Source of the DNA: Mobula hypostoma
Lineage: Eukaryota
Assembly (NCBI RefSeq): GCF_963921235.1
Contig: NC_086098.1
Location: 155,806,001-155,870,000, forward strand
Direction of reading: 5' to 3'
Length of the DNA stretch: 64,000 nucleotides
The position numbers were made by a program, and so were the translations under genes. The notes under the pieces are model-generated. The model ran no database searches. It worked only from the letters and a program-made list of their open reading frames with translations, and had not been told where the DNA came from. Positions 50,488 through 63,479 of this stretch are shown here, piece by piece. The stretch's first letter is position 1; each line of letters starts with the position of its first letter.

Positions 50488-51925
50488 TGTCATGGTCCGG
50501 ATCGGGATCCCTTTAAATTTACCTTGTTTATGTTACGATCCCGACCGTTGATTCCCTGTTTTCCCGTGTCCCTCGACTTTGGTGATTAGAGGCAATTAAC
50601 GCTTGGCTGAACCGGTAGTTTATAGTCTCCGGCTTTCAGCCGTTCAGTGCGGGAGCGTCTGCAAAGTCACGGCGTGCCAATATCATCTGGCCGGTGCAAG
50701 CCTTATCTCCGCCCGAATCGAGTGCCGGTAATTCGCCTTTCCTCACCGGAGCGAGCCTGCAAAGTTTCCTCTTCAAGGTGGGCCCGTCAGTTAACCCGCC
50801 GCTGAGAATCAAGAGCCGCTGTCTACTGTTCCCGGGCCGAGTCCAGAGCTCGGCACTACCCGGAGGTCCGAAGCACCACGTCCTGGCTCCGGCGGCATCC
50901 AAGTGCCACGTCCACGTCCTGGCTCCGGCGGCATCCAAGTGCCACGTCCACGTCCTGGCTCCGGCGGCATCCAAGTGCCACGTCCACGTCCTGGCTCCGG
51001 CGGCATCCAAGTGCCACGTCCACGTCCTGGCTCCGGCGGCATCCAAGTGCCACGTCCACGTCCTGGCTCCGGCGGCATCCCATTTCCGAATCAAGTCCTG
51101 GCCCTGGCAGTCTGTGATTCCTGTCCTATCCCCCTGTCTGAATCCCTTCTCTGCCCCTCTCGCCTCTGGCCCTCATCTGCAGCCCCTGCCTGCAGTTCGG
51201 TATAGTTCCATCACCGGAGCTAGATAGGTACTGTCTGGTGTTCATTCGTGTTGGTCTTGTCTTGTCCTGCCCTCGCCTTCATGGGGTAAGTCAGGCCGTC
51301 TTGCCGTTGCCCCGCGGCGAGTCGTGTCTGTCTTGTCTTGTCCTCGCCTCCGTGGGGTAAGTCAGGCCATCTTGTCGTTGCCTCGCGGGGGGTGGGGGGG
51401 GGTGGGTCATGTCTTGTCGTGTCTTGTCCTGGTCTCCGTGGGGTAAGTCAGGCCGTCTTGCCGTTGCCCCGCGGAGGGACATGATTCCCGGCCCTATGTC
51501 CTGTACCCAAGGAGGGGTCCTGACTCTGTGTTCTGTGTATGTATCCATGGTTCCATGTACCTGCTCTCCCGAGACCGAGGCTCTGTTTTCTATGTTCCTC
51601 CTCTCCCTAACCCATGTCATGTCCATGCCTGGTTCTGGGGTCCGTGCCCGAGGCAAGAACCAGGTACTGGGTCCTTGCCCAGTCTCGGGCTCGGAGTCCA
51701 ACCCCTAGCCTCTTCATGTCTCCTCTAGTTCTGGGAGCCAATTCCGAGTCCTAGCCCAGACCCTAGGTCCCAGCCTAGTCGAGGTCCTGAGTCCTTATCC
51801 TGTTCGCTATTCCTACTTCTGTCTTGCTCTCCTGGTATCGTACAATAAACTAAACCTAAGTAACCTCACAAGATGTGTCTTGCATTTGGGTCCACCCGTG
51901 CTCCCAATGCCCCGCCATTGTGACA
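50488..51925 (+). mobile_element. Solo LTR family A (1438 bp, TGTCA...TGACA) with 5-bp TSD GTCCA
   Basis: gtcca|tgtca ... tgaca|gtcca; the CR1 ORF1 frame rejoins across the insertion. Confidence 0.92.
50876..51080 (+). repeat. Perfect 36-bp minisatellite, 5.7 copies
   Basis: Unit ccacgtcctggctccggcggcatccaagtgccacgt; copies identical, no spacers. Confidence 0.97.
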
Positions 51926-54526
51926 GTCCACAATATCCTGAAGTGGGAAGGAGAACAGCCAGTGGTCCTGGAACATATTGGTACCAACCACATTGGTAGG
52001 AAAAAGGAGGAGGTCCTGAAAATAGACTACAGAGTGTTAAGAGGGAAGTTGAGAAGCAGGACCTCAAAGGTAGCAATCTCAGGATTACTGCCTGTGCCAT
52101 GTGACAGTGCTGAGGGATTGGAGCAGGGGGCAGGGATTCAGATATCTGGATCTTTGGGACCTCATTTGGGGCAGGTGGTACCTGTACAAAAAGGATAGTT
52201 TGAATCCCAGGGGGAACCAATATCCTGGGAGGGAGGATTGCTCAAGCTATTGGGGAGAGTTTAAACTCGAATTGCTGAGGGGTGGGAACCGAACTGAAGT
52301 GACAGAAGAAGGGGCGGTTGGCTCACAAGTAGAGAAAGCTTGGAGACAGTGCGAGATGGAGGATAGGCAGGTGATAGAGAAGGGACGCGCTCAGACCGAT
52401 GTTTTGAGATGTGTCTATTTTAATGTGAGGAGAATTATGAACAAAGCGAGTGAGCTTAGAGGGTGGATCAGCCATTACAGATATTGTAGCCTTTACAGAG
52501 ACTTGGATGGTGCAGCGTCAGGAGTGGCTACTTCAAGTGCTCGGCATTAGATGTTTCAGAAAGTACAGGGAGGGAGGTAAAAAAGGTGGTTGTTCAGCGA
52601 TAGTGTCACGGCTGCAGAAAAGTAGGAAGTCACGGAGGGGTTGTCTACGGAGTCTCTGTGGAGGTTAGGAATAGGAAGGGATCAATAACTCTACTGGGTG
52701 TTTTTTATAGAGCACCCAATAGTACAGGGACATCGAGGAGCAGATACGGAGATTCTGGAAAGGAGTAATAATAACAGGGTTGTTGTGGTGGGAGATTTCA
52801 ATTTCCTAAATATTGATGGGCATCTCCCTAGAGCGAGGGGTTTAGATGGGGTGGAGTTTGTTACGTGTGTTCAGGAAGGTTTCTTGACACAATATGTAGA
52901 TAAGCCTACAAGAGGAGAGGTTGTACTTGATCTGGCATTGGGAAATGAACCTGGTCAGGTGTCAGGTCTCTCAGTGGGAGAGCATTTTGGAGATAGTGAT
53001 CACAATTCTACAAACGTTTGTATCTCTTTTACCATAGCATTGGAGAGGGATAGGAACAGACAAGTTTGGGAAACGGTTAATTGGAGTAAGGGTAAACATG
53101 AGGCAATCAGGCAGGAAATTGGAAATAGATGTTCTCAGAGAAACGTACAGAAGAAATGTGGCAAATGTTCAGTGGCTATTTGTGTGGGTTTCTGCATAGG
53201 TACGTTTCAATGAGACAGGGAAAGGATGGTAGGGTACAGGAACCGTGGTGTACAAAGGCTGTTGCAAATCTAGTCAAGAAGAAAAGAAAAGCTCACGAAA
53301 GGTTCAAAAAACTAGGTGATGATAGAGATCTAGAAGGTTAGCAGAAAGAGTTTAAGAAGGAAATTAGGACAGCCAGAAGGGGCCATGAGAAGGCCTTGAC
53401 CGACAGGATTAAGGAACACCCCAAGGCATTCTACGAGTATGTGAAGAACAAGAAGAAAAGATGAGAGAGAATGGGAACCATCAAGTGAGACAGTGGAAAA
53501 ATATGTATGGAAACGGAGGAGACAGCAGAGGTACTTAATGAATATTTTGCTTCAGTATTCACTAGGGAAAAGGATCTTGGCGATTGTAGGGATGACTTGC
53601 AATGGATTGAAAAACTTGAGCATGTGGATATTAAGAAAGAGGACGTGCTGAAGCTTTTGGAAAGCATCAAATTAGATAAGTCACCGGGACCAGATGGGAT
53701 GTACCCCAGACTACTGTGGTAAGCGAGGGAGGAGATTGCTGAGCCTCTGGCGATGTTCTTTGCATCATCAATGAGGACGGGAAATGCTCCAGAGGATTAG
53801 AGGGTTGAGGATGTTGTTCCCTTAAGAAAGAGAGCAGAGTTATCCCAGGAAATTAAAGACTAGTGAGTCCTACTTCGGTGGTTGGTAAGTTGATGGAGAA
53901 GATTCTGAGAGGCAGGATTTATGAACATTTGCAGAGGCATAATATGATTAGGAATATCAGCATGGGTTTGTGAAAGGCAGGATATGCTTTACGAGCCTGA
54001 TAGAATTTTTGGAGAATGTGACTAAACAAATTGATGAAGGTAGAGCCATAGATGAAGTGTATATGGATTTCAGCAATGAATTTGATAAGGCTTATTGAGA
54101 AGTAAGGAGGCAAGGGAGGCAAGGGGCTTGCCCACAGAAGGCAAAGTGTGGTTGTAGATGGATCCTATTCTGCATGGAGGTCGATCACCAGTGGTGTGCC
54201 TCAGGGATCTGTTCTGAGACCGTGATTTTTATAAATGACATGGATGAGGAAGTAGAGGTTAGTAAATACGTTGATGACACAAAGCTTAGGAGTGTTGTGG
54301 ATAGTGTAGAGGTCTGTCAGAGGTTACAGTGGGACACTAATAGGATGCAAAACTGGGCTGAGAAGTGGAAGATGGAGTTCAACCCAAATGAATCTGAGGT
54401 GATTCATTTTGGTGGGTCAAATATGATGGAGGAATATAGTACTAATGGTAAGAATCTTGGCAGAGTGGAGGATCCAATGGATCTTGGAGTCCAAGTCCAT
54501 AGGACACTCAAAGCTGATTTATCATG

Positions 54527-54580
54527 TCTGTGTGTGTGTGTCTGTGTGTGTGTGTGTGTGTCTGTGTATGTATGTATATA
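54527..54580. repeat. (TG)n / (TA)n microsatellite
   Basis: Direct observation. Confidence 0.9.
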
Positions 54581-55439
54581 TCTATCTATGTGTCTCTGTC
54601 TCTCCAGTGTCTACCTAAGTAGCTGTCTATCAATTTCCATGCGCATACTCTGTATGAAGTCCCCTCTCTGCTTCCTTTTTGTTTCCTTTTCTTTCTTTCA
54701 GATTTCTTTTCATGCTATAGTAAGACAGAATGGGGATAATTACATTGATTCTCCGTCAATCAATGCAGGCGGCCCACGGTTGTCAGAGATTGGGGGAGAT
54801 TTAATGCATGTTATGTATATGCCGTTGTTCCGCACTGACGGAGTTTTGCAGGATAAATTGCTCCTGTTTCATTGAGAGCATCGTTGTTGCCGTGCTGTGG
54901 CATAATATCGCAACGAACCAATTCTCTCTCCTCCCCAGCCTTGTGGATGAGTGTTAATGCCAAGAGCAGACGGTTGGTTGGGACAAAGTGCAACATTGAG
55001 GGTGAATGTGACGCCTCTGTGGAATAAAGTTTGACGATGGGTGGATTGGTGCGAGGTGTGCGAAGAAGTGATCGGAAGCAGATTATCATTCTGCAGATTC
55101 CTGGTATTCTTTTCTAAATGAATGGGGGGTCCCGGAAAAAATGCAAGTGCGCTCATTCTTAACTTTCATATAAAGCTCAACAGAGCAACTTTCCTCACCT
55201 CCTACTTAATAAACAGCATACGGGGATTTCTGGACTCCTTAAACTTGTGCAGGTGTCAGTGGCAATAGGGATGATGGCGTGACAGGTTACCGATTCTATT
55301 TTGCTCTCCACTCATGTCACCTGGCCCTCAACATCTTTCCGTCATTCTTGTATTTATATTTGGGATTCACACCTTACTTTGTCGGGCTGACGCAAAACAC
55401 TTTCGCAGGGCCAATATCAGAGCATGAATTGACTTTAAA

Positions 55440-56770
55440 TAAGAAACATAAGAACATAAGAAGTAGGAGCAGGAGTAGGCCATTCGGCCCATCGAGCATG
55501 CACCGCCATTCAATAAGATCATGGCTGATCTGTCCGTAAACTCAGCTCCATCTACCTGCCTTTTCCCTATAACCCTTAATTCCCCTACTATGTAAAAATC
55601 TATCTAATTGTATCTTAAATGTATTTAGTGAAGAAGCCTCAACTGCTTCCCTGGGCAGAGAATTCCACAGATTCACCACTCTCTTGGAAAAACAGTTTCT
55701 CCTCACTTCCGTCCTAAATCTTCTCCCCTGAATTTTGAGGCAATATCCCCTAGTTCTAGTCTCACTTACCATATGGAAACAACTTTTCTACTTCTATCTT
55801 ATCTATCCCTTTCAAAATTTTGTATGTTTCTCTAAGATCCCCTCTCATTCTTCTGAACTCCAGAGGCGACTCAGTCTCTCCTCATATGGTGACTCCTTCA
55901 TCTCTGGAATCAACCTGGTGAACCTCCTCTGCACTGCCTCCAAAGCCAGTATATCTTTAGTCAAGTATGGAGACCAGAACTGCTCACAGTCATCCAGGTA
56001 CGGCTTCACCAGTACCCTGTATAGTTGCAGCATGCCCTCCCTGCTCTTTAATACAATCCCTCTAGCAATAAAGGCCAACATTCCGTTTGTCTTCTTAATA
56101 ACCTGTCGTACCTGCAAGCCAACTTTTTGCGATTCATGAACAAGTACTCCCAAGTACCTCTGCACAACAGCATGCTGCAATCTTTCACCATTTAAATAAT
56201 AATCCGCTCTTCTTTTGTTCCTTCCAAAGTGATGATCTCGCATTTACCAACGTTGTATTCCATCTGCCAGACCTTGACCGACTCACTTAACCTATCAATA
56301 TCCCTCTGCAGACTCTCCATATCCTCTACAATTTGCTTTTCCACTTAGTTTGGTGTCATCAGCAAATTTTGCTACGCTACTCTCAGTCCCCTCTTCCAAA
56401 TCATCAATGTAAATGGTAAACAGCTGCAGGCCCAGCACTGACCCCTGAGGCACCCCACTCACCACCGACTGCCAACCGAAGAAACATCCATTTATACCAA
56501 CTCTCTGCCTTCTGTTGGTTATCCAATCCACTATCCATGCCAATATACTTCTTCCAACTCCACGTATCCGAATCTTATTTAAAACTCTCTTGTGCATCAC
56601 CTTATCAAACGCTTTCTGGAATTCCAAGTGTACGACAGCCACCTGTTCCCCTCTGTCCACTGCACTCATTATGTCCTCAAAGAACTCCAGTAAGCTTGTC
56701 AAACAGGACCTGCCCTTTCTGAATCCATGCTGTGTCCGTCTAATGGAACCCCTCCTTTCTAAATTTTAAC
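55440..56770 (-). mobile_element. CR1 RT 3' fragment
   Basis: HLEFQKAFDKV, GVPQGSVLG, FADDTKL; cataagaa tail at 55440-55465. Confidence 0.9.
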
Positions 56771-56832
56771 AACTGCATTTACTTCACTCTCCCAGTTCCC
56801 GCAGAGCGTGCTGGTCTACCTGACAACCCGAT

Positions 56833-57642
56833 AACACGAGGAAATCTGCAGATGCTGGAATTTCAAGCAACACGCATAAAAGTTGCTGGTGAACGCAGCA
56901 GGCCAGGCAGCATCTCTAGGAAGAGGTACAGTCGACGTTTCGGGCCGAGACCCTTCGTCAGGACTAACTAAACGAAGAGCTAGTAAGAGATTTGAAAGTC
57001 GGTGGGGGAGGGTGAGATCCGAAATGATAAGAGAAGACAGGAGGGGGAGGGATGGAGTCAAGAGCTGGACAGTTGATTGGCAAAAGGGATATGAGAGGAT
57101 CATGGGACAGGAGGCCTAGAGAGAAAGAAAAGGGGGCGGGGAGCCCAGAGTATGGGCAAGGGGTGTAGTGAGAGGGACAGGGGGAGAAAAAGGAGAGAGA
57201 AAGAAAAAGAATATGTCTATGTAAATAAATGAATAACGGATGGGGTACGAGGGGGAGGTGGGGCATTAGCGGAAGTTTGGAAAGTCAATGTTCATGCCAT
57301 CAGGTTGGAGACTACCCAGACGGAATATAAGGTGTTGTTCCTCCAACCTGAGTGTGGCTTCATCTTTACAGTAGAGGAGGCCGTGGATAGACATATCAGA
57401 ATGGAATGGGACGAGGAATTAAAATCTGTGGCCACTGGGAGATCCTGCTTTCTCCGGCGGACAGAGCGTAGGTGCTCAGCGAAACGATCTCCCAGTCTTC
57501 GTCGTGTCTCGCCAATATGTAGAAGGTCACATTGGGAGCACCGGACACAGTATATCACTCCAGCCGACTCACAGGTGAAGTGTCGCCTCAGCTAGAAGGA
57601 CTGTCTGGGGCCCTGAATGTTGGTGAAGGAGGAAGTGTAAGG
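56833..57642 (-). mobile_element. Penelope-like 3' fragment (GIY-YIG, pLTR)
   Basis: IYCVRCSQCDLLHIGETRRRLGDRFAEHLRSV motif. Confidence 0.9.
56930..56965 (-). ncRNA. Minimal type I hammerhead ribozyme motif, intact
   Basis: AGTC-CTGACGA-A-GGGtctcggCCC-GAA-ACGT-C-GACT: helix I AGTC/GACT, helix II GGG/CCC, palindromic helix III ACGT, GUC cleavage triplet. Confidence 0.75.
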
Positions 57643-57996
57643 ATTCTAACCTATTCTCCGTGTTACCTCGAACCTATTCTACAATTCTGATGCATGATCA
57701 AAAGTAAACGAAAACGTGTATAGCGAAAATCTATGAGGAAACACAAGACTTCTCGGGTCAGCATCATATGGATCAGGAATAAAGCAATTGAAATGCATTA
57801 CATTTGAAATTAATTCAATAATTTTATTCAACGGCTACAAAGACTATATAGGGTATAATGTCAATTTCCTTGTCTATGGTTACCTTTACTGAATGCACAA
57901 AAGATAGATTGTTCCATCTTGAGGCTTTGATAAAATTCAACAACCTGTCAACTGAATTTATGGTGAACAAGTCATAAAAATCAAGGTTTTAACTTC

Positions 57997-58002
57997 TTTA
58001 TT
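57997..58002 (-). terminator. Polyadenylation signal for IgL C3
   Basis: Minus-strand AATAAA ~100 nt after the stop. Confidence 0.55.
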
Positions 58003-58099
58003 AAAATTCGGAATCTAACACATTTCTACCTCTTTGCCACGTGAAAGGAACAAAAAGTGATAACCAAACTTCGTCGGCACAGCTTACAAGTTTCAGATA

Positions 58100-58422
58100 T
58101 CAGATACAGCTGGATCTCGCAATGTTTGCCGTGACAGGCTTTGCCTGAGCCTCGTGTTTAACCACGCAGGAGAAAAGCTCGTGTGAGTTCCAGTCTGAGG
58201 TTGGCAGAGTCAGGTAGCTGCTCGCACTGAACGTGTTGTCTGTCTCTTGCTGGATCGGACTGGTCTGAATTCCATTCTTTCTCTTACTGCCGTCGACAGT
58301 CCACTCAATGTCCACTCTGCCGGGATTAAACCCGCTCACTAAACACACCAGGGTCGCTGTACCCTTAGCCGTGACCTCCACCGCTGAAGGTGGGAGTAAA
58401 GAGACAGTGGGGAAACGGGGAT
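58100..58422 (-). CDS. IGLC: IgL constant exon C3 (divergent lambda-like); VJ not in window
   Basis: xPRFPTVSLLPPSAVEVTAKGTATLVCLVSGFNPG...FSCVVKHE...RSSCI*; 323 nt like C1 and C2; acceptor aaacag|AT; ~73% aa identity to C1. Confidence 0.92.
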
Positions 58423-58741
58423 CTGTTTATAATAAAACATCAAGAATTAGTAAAAATAGTAAATTTCTTCAGCCAAAGCATCATCTCAATTCAAAATACA
58501 TTTCGTTTCGTACTGATATGTTCAATTCGATAACCAGAAAGGGGTATAACTGCTTTGAACAAGAATCTTCGTCAGAACCGATGTAGCTATTGTGTGGCGG
58601 GGTGGCGGTGGAATGAGAAGAAACGGAGTCACATTCTGCGATTGTTTTTCAAAAGGTGACAGTGTAAACTGGTTTAGAACTCCTGCTGAGCATTTTTTAT
58701 ATGTTGTTTCTGTTAATTGCTCTTCCGGAACTGATTTCATT

Positions 58742-59615
58742 TCGGAATCAGAATCAGAATCAGGTTTATTATCACCAGCATGTGACGTGAAATTTATCAA
58801 CTTAGCAGCAGCAGTTCAATGCAATACATAATCTGGCAGAGAGAGAAAAAAACAATAATAATAAATAAAATAAAACATTATAATAAATAAGCAAGTAAAT
58901 CAATTACGTATACAGTATAGAATAGATTATTTAAAAATGTGCAAAAACAGAAATACTATATATTTTTTTAAAAAGTGAGGTAGTGTCCAAAGCTTCAAAG
59001 TCCATTTGGCAGAGGGGAAGAAGTTGTTCCTGAATCGCTGAGTGTGTGCCTTCAGGTTTCTGTATCTCCGCCCTGATAGTAACAGTGAGAAAACGACATG
59101 CCCTGGGTGCTGGAGGTCTTTAATAATGGATGCTGCCTTTCTGAGACACCGCTCCCTGAAGATATCCTGGGTACTTTGTAGGCTAGTGCTCAAGATGGAG
59201 CTGACTGGATTTACAACCTTCTGCAGCTTCTTTTAGTCCTGTGCAGTAGCCCCTGCATACCAGACAGTGATGCAGCCTGTCAGAATGCTCTCCACGGTAC
59301 AACTAAAGAAGTTATTGAGTCTATTGGTTGACATACCAAATCGCTTCAAACTCCCAATAAAGTATAGCCGCTGTCTTGCCTTCTTTATGACTACATCAAT
59401 ATGCTGGGACCAGGTTAGATCCTGAGAGATCTTGACACCCAGGAACTTGAAGCTGCTCACTCTCTCCACTTCTGATCCCTCTATGAGGATTGGTAAGCAT
59501 TCCTTCGTCTTACCCTTCCTGAAGTCCACAGTCAGCTCTTTCGTCTTCCTGACGTTGAGTGTCAGGTTTTTGCTGTGGCACCATTCCACTAGTTTCCGTA
59601 TCTCACTCGTCACCA
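58742..59615 (-). mobile_element. Rex1/Babar 3' fragment
   Basis: FKFLGVKI...KARQRLYFIGSLKRFGM...ESILTGCITVWY; (tctgat)n tail. Confidence 0.85.
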
Positions 59616-59831
59616 GCTGAGAGTCTACCAACTATGGATATTTCCTCCATAATTCACAAAAAACTTGGAGTGTAGTTATCGACTAATTCAACAGAATATC
59701 CTAACTCAATAGTCATTTAACCGTTACAAGTTTATTTCTATATTCGGATTAAGCAGACAGCGATCACCGGGAGATATGGATTGAAGGTAAGCACGGAAAA
59801 TGACCCCGTCACGGAATTCATGTTCGAAAAT

Positions 59832-59843
59832 GATTGATTGATT

Positions 59844-59926
<83 letters not shown>
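59832..59926. repeat. Compound (GATT)(GATA)(GACA) microsatellite
   Basis: Direct observation. Confidence 0.95.
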
Positions 59927-60550
59927 GGAATTAGTGAATTGGTTGAAAAGTTAAGAAACAGGGGGTTTCATTAGGGGAGCCATAACTTTAGTAACTTTAA
60001 AGTCCGGTCGACTTAGGGTTTTATTGCCGGCAAGTCTGTCTTATCAGAGAGCAATGAGAATAAGATTCGGTTCTGACACGTCAAAGTGAGAAAGCATTTC
60101 CATGGAATTTGACAATTTAATGAAGCCGCTAAATGCCTTCAACCGAAGTTTTAACTCAGTTCCATTAAACAGACGAAGCAACGGGATGGACAGATCAGGC
60201 GACATCTCAGGGAATCCCACCGTAATAACTAAGCCCGTGAAACGGAGTACTCTGATAATGCGGCCATAATTGATGTGTTCGATTCTTCGCTGTCTTTCTT
60301 CTTGTTAGAAATTGGTCGCTTTTCTTCAATATTTCACTAGAAAATAATTATTTTTCAATTCCAATTAAATCATGAGATTTTATAATCAAGTGAGCTGGCT
60401 TGTGCGCTGCAGGTGCCACCCTGTACTTCAGAATCAGAATGTCAAATGCGGCTGGGTTTAAGGCACCCTTCTGTAAGTCTTGCGGCACAAGAACTTTCCA
60501 TTTGGATTGTTCCGTCTGGATGAGTGGATTAAAACTAACTACAACCCCGA

Positions 60551-60635
60551 GAATCACCAGGACGTACATGTAATAACGAATCAGCAGGACGTACATGTAA
60601 TAACGAATCACCACGACGTACATGGAATAACGAAT
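60551..60635. repeat. 27-bp minisatellite, 3 copies
   Basis: gaatcaccaggacgtacatgtaataac and two variants. Confidence 0.9.
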
Positions 60636-60668
60636 TTTGCGAAGACGGCTATTCCCGGAAATATATAT

Positions 60669-63479
60669 CCATAAGACACAGGAGCAGACGTAGGCTATTC
60701 GGCCCATCGAGTCTGCTCCGCCATTTTATCATGAGCTGATCCATTTTATCCTATTTAGTCCCACTGCCCCGCCTTCTCACCATAACCTTTCATGCCCTCG
60801 CTACTCAGATACCTATCAATCTCTGCCTTAAAGACACCCAATGACTTGGCCTCCACTGCTGCCCGTGGCAACAAATTCCATAGATTCACCACCCTCTGAC
60901 TAAAAAAATTTCTTCGCATTTCTGTTCTGAAAGGGCGCCCTTCAATCCTGAAGTCATGCCCTCTCGTACTAGACTCCCCCATCATGGGAAACAACTTTGC
61001 CACATCCACTCTGTCCATGCCTTTCAACATTCGAAATGTTTCTATGAGGTCTCCCCTCATTCTTCTAAACTCCAAGGAATACAATCCAAGAGCGGACAAA
61101 TGTTCCTCATATGTTAACCCTCTCATTCCCGGAATCATTCTAGTGAATCTTCTCTGTACCCTCTCCAACGTCAGCACATCCTTTCTTAAATAAGGAGACC
61201 AAAACTATCCGCAGTGCTCCAAGTGAGGTCTCACCAGCGCCTTACAGAGCCTCAACATCACATCCCTGCTCCTATACTCTATTCCTCTAGAAATGAATGC
61301 CAACATTGCATTCGCCTTCTTCACTACCGACTCAACCTGGAGGTTAACTTTAAGGGAATCCTGTACGAGGATTCCCAAGTCCCGTTGCGTCTCAGAACTT
61401 TGAATTCTTTCCCCATTTAAATAGTAGTCTGCCCGTTTATTTTTTCTGCCAAAGTGCATAACCATACACTTTCCAACATTTTACTTCATTTGCCACTTCT
61501 CTGCTCATTCTTCCAATCTATACAAGTCTCTCTGCAGACTCGCCGTTTCCTCAGCACTACCGGCCCCTCCACCTATTTTCGTATCGTCAGCAAACTTAGC
61601 CACAAAGCCCTCTATTCCATAATCGAAATCGTTGATGTACAATGTAAAAAGAAGCGGCCCCAACACTGATCCCTGTGGAACACCACTGGTAACCGGCAGC
61701 CAACTAGAATAGGATATCTTTATTCCCACTCTCTGTTTCCTGCCAATCAGCCAATGCTCTATCCACGTATGTAACTTTCCTGTAATTCCATGGGCTCTTA
61801 TCTTGTTAAGCAGCCTCATGTGTGGCACCTTGTCAAAGGCCTTCTGAAAATCCAAATATACAACATCCACTGCATCTCCCTTGTTTAGCCTACTGGTAAT
61901 TTCCTCAAAAAATTGTAATAGGTTTGTCAGGCAGGATTTTCGTTTAAGGAATCCATGCTGGGTTCTGCCTATCTTGTCATATGCCTCCAGGTACTCTGTA
62001 ACCTCATCCTTGACAATCGACTCCAACAACTTCCCAACCACCGACGTCAAGCTAACAGGTCTATAATTTCCTTTTTGCTTCCTTGCCCCCTTCTTAAATA
62101 GCGGAGTGACATTTGCAATCTTCCAGTCGTCCGGAACCATGCCAGAATCTATCGACTTTTGAAAGATCATCGCTAATGCCTCCGCAATCTCCACAACTAC
62201 TTCCTTCAGAACACAAGGGTGCATTCCATCTGGTCCAGGAGATTTATCTACCTTTAGCCTATTCAGCTTCCTGAGTACTTTTCTGTCGTTATTGTGACTG
62301 CGCACACTTCTCTTCCCTGCCACTCTTGAGTGTCCGGTACCCTGCTGTCTTCCTCAGTGAAGACTGATGCAAAATACTTGTTCAGTTCCTCAGCCATCTC
62401 CTTATCTCCCATTGCAATTTCTCCAGCATCATTTTCTATCGGTCTTATATCTACTCTCACCCGTCTTTTACTCTTTATATACTTGAAAAAGCTTTTAGTA
62501 TCCTCTTTGATATTATTTGCTAACTTCCTTTCATAGTTAATCTTTTCCCTCTTAATGACCTTCTTAGTTTCCTTTTGTAAGGTTTTAAAAACTTCCCAAT
62601 CCTCTGTCTTCCCACTAATTTTTACTTCCTTGTATGCCTTCTCCTTAGCTTTAACTTTGGCTTTGACTTCTCTTGTCAACCACGGTTGCATCCTTTTTCC
62701 ACTCGAAAATTTCTTCTTTTTTGGAATATACCTGTCTTGCACATTCCTCATTTCTCGCACAAACTCCAGCCACTGCTGCTCTGCCGTCTTTCCTGCCAGT
62801 GTCTCTTTCCAGTCAACTTTGGCCAGTTCCTCTCTCCTTTACTCCACTGAAACACCGACACATCAGATTTCAGCTTCTCTTTTTCTAATTTCACAGTGAA
62901 CTCAATCATGTTATGATCACTGCCTCCTAAGGGTTCTCTTCACCTCAATCTCTCCAATCACCTCCGGTTCATTACACAATACCCAATCCAGTACAGCCGA
63001 TCCCCTAGTGGGCTCAACAACAAGCTGTTCTAAAAAGCCATCTCGCAGACATTTTAGAAATTCTCTCTCTTGAGATCCAGTGCCGACCTGATTTTTCCAA
63101 TCTACTCGCATGTTAAAATCCCCCACAATTATCATAACACTTCCCTTCTGACAAGCCTTTTCTACTTCCAGTTGTAATTTGTAGTCCACGTCCCTGCAGC
63201 TGTTTGGAGGCCTATAAATAACTGCCATCAGGGTCCTTTTACCCCTGCTATTCCTTTGCTCAACCCATAAAGTTTCTGCACCTTCCGATCCTATATCACC
63301 TTTTTCTAATGATTTAATATCATTTCTTACCAATAAAGCCACGCCTCCCCCTCTGCCTACCTTCCTATCGTTCCGATACACAGTGTATCCTTGGACGTTC
63401 AGCTCCCAGAGACATGCATCCTTTAGCCAGGTCTCAGTGATGGCCACAATATCATACCTGCCAATCTGTAGCTGTACAA
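60669..63479 (-). mobile_element. CR1 LINE (HER1-like), 5'-truncated, near-complete ORF2; same subfamily as 19586-22400
   Basis: AITETWLKD, YRPPNS, GDFNMR, KSPGPDG, YLDFQKAFD, GVPQGS, FADD; several frameshifts. Confidence 0.95.

Larger units (their letters stand above)
50140..54510 (+). mobile_element. Decayed CR1 with ORF1 esterase, EN and RT, interrupted by a solo LTR
   Basis: ...SDHVH|NILKWEGEQPVVLEHIGTN; CVYFNVR; VVVVGDFNF; KSPGPDG; YVDD-like remnant. Confidence 0.85.

Noticed and set aside
50876-51080. 36-bp repeats of CRISPR-like length
   Set aside because: Head-to-tail with no spacers, inside an LTR, in a vertebrate genome; a minisatellite. The repetitive ORFs over it are artefacts.
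60208-60218. kB-like GGGAATCCC in the C3 intron
   Set aside because: Does not fit the 10-bp consensus and has no supporting context.
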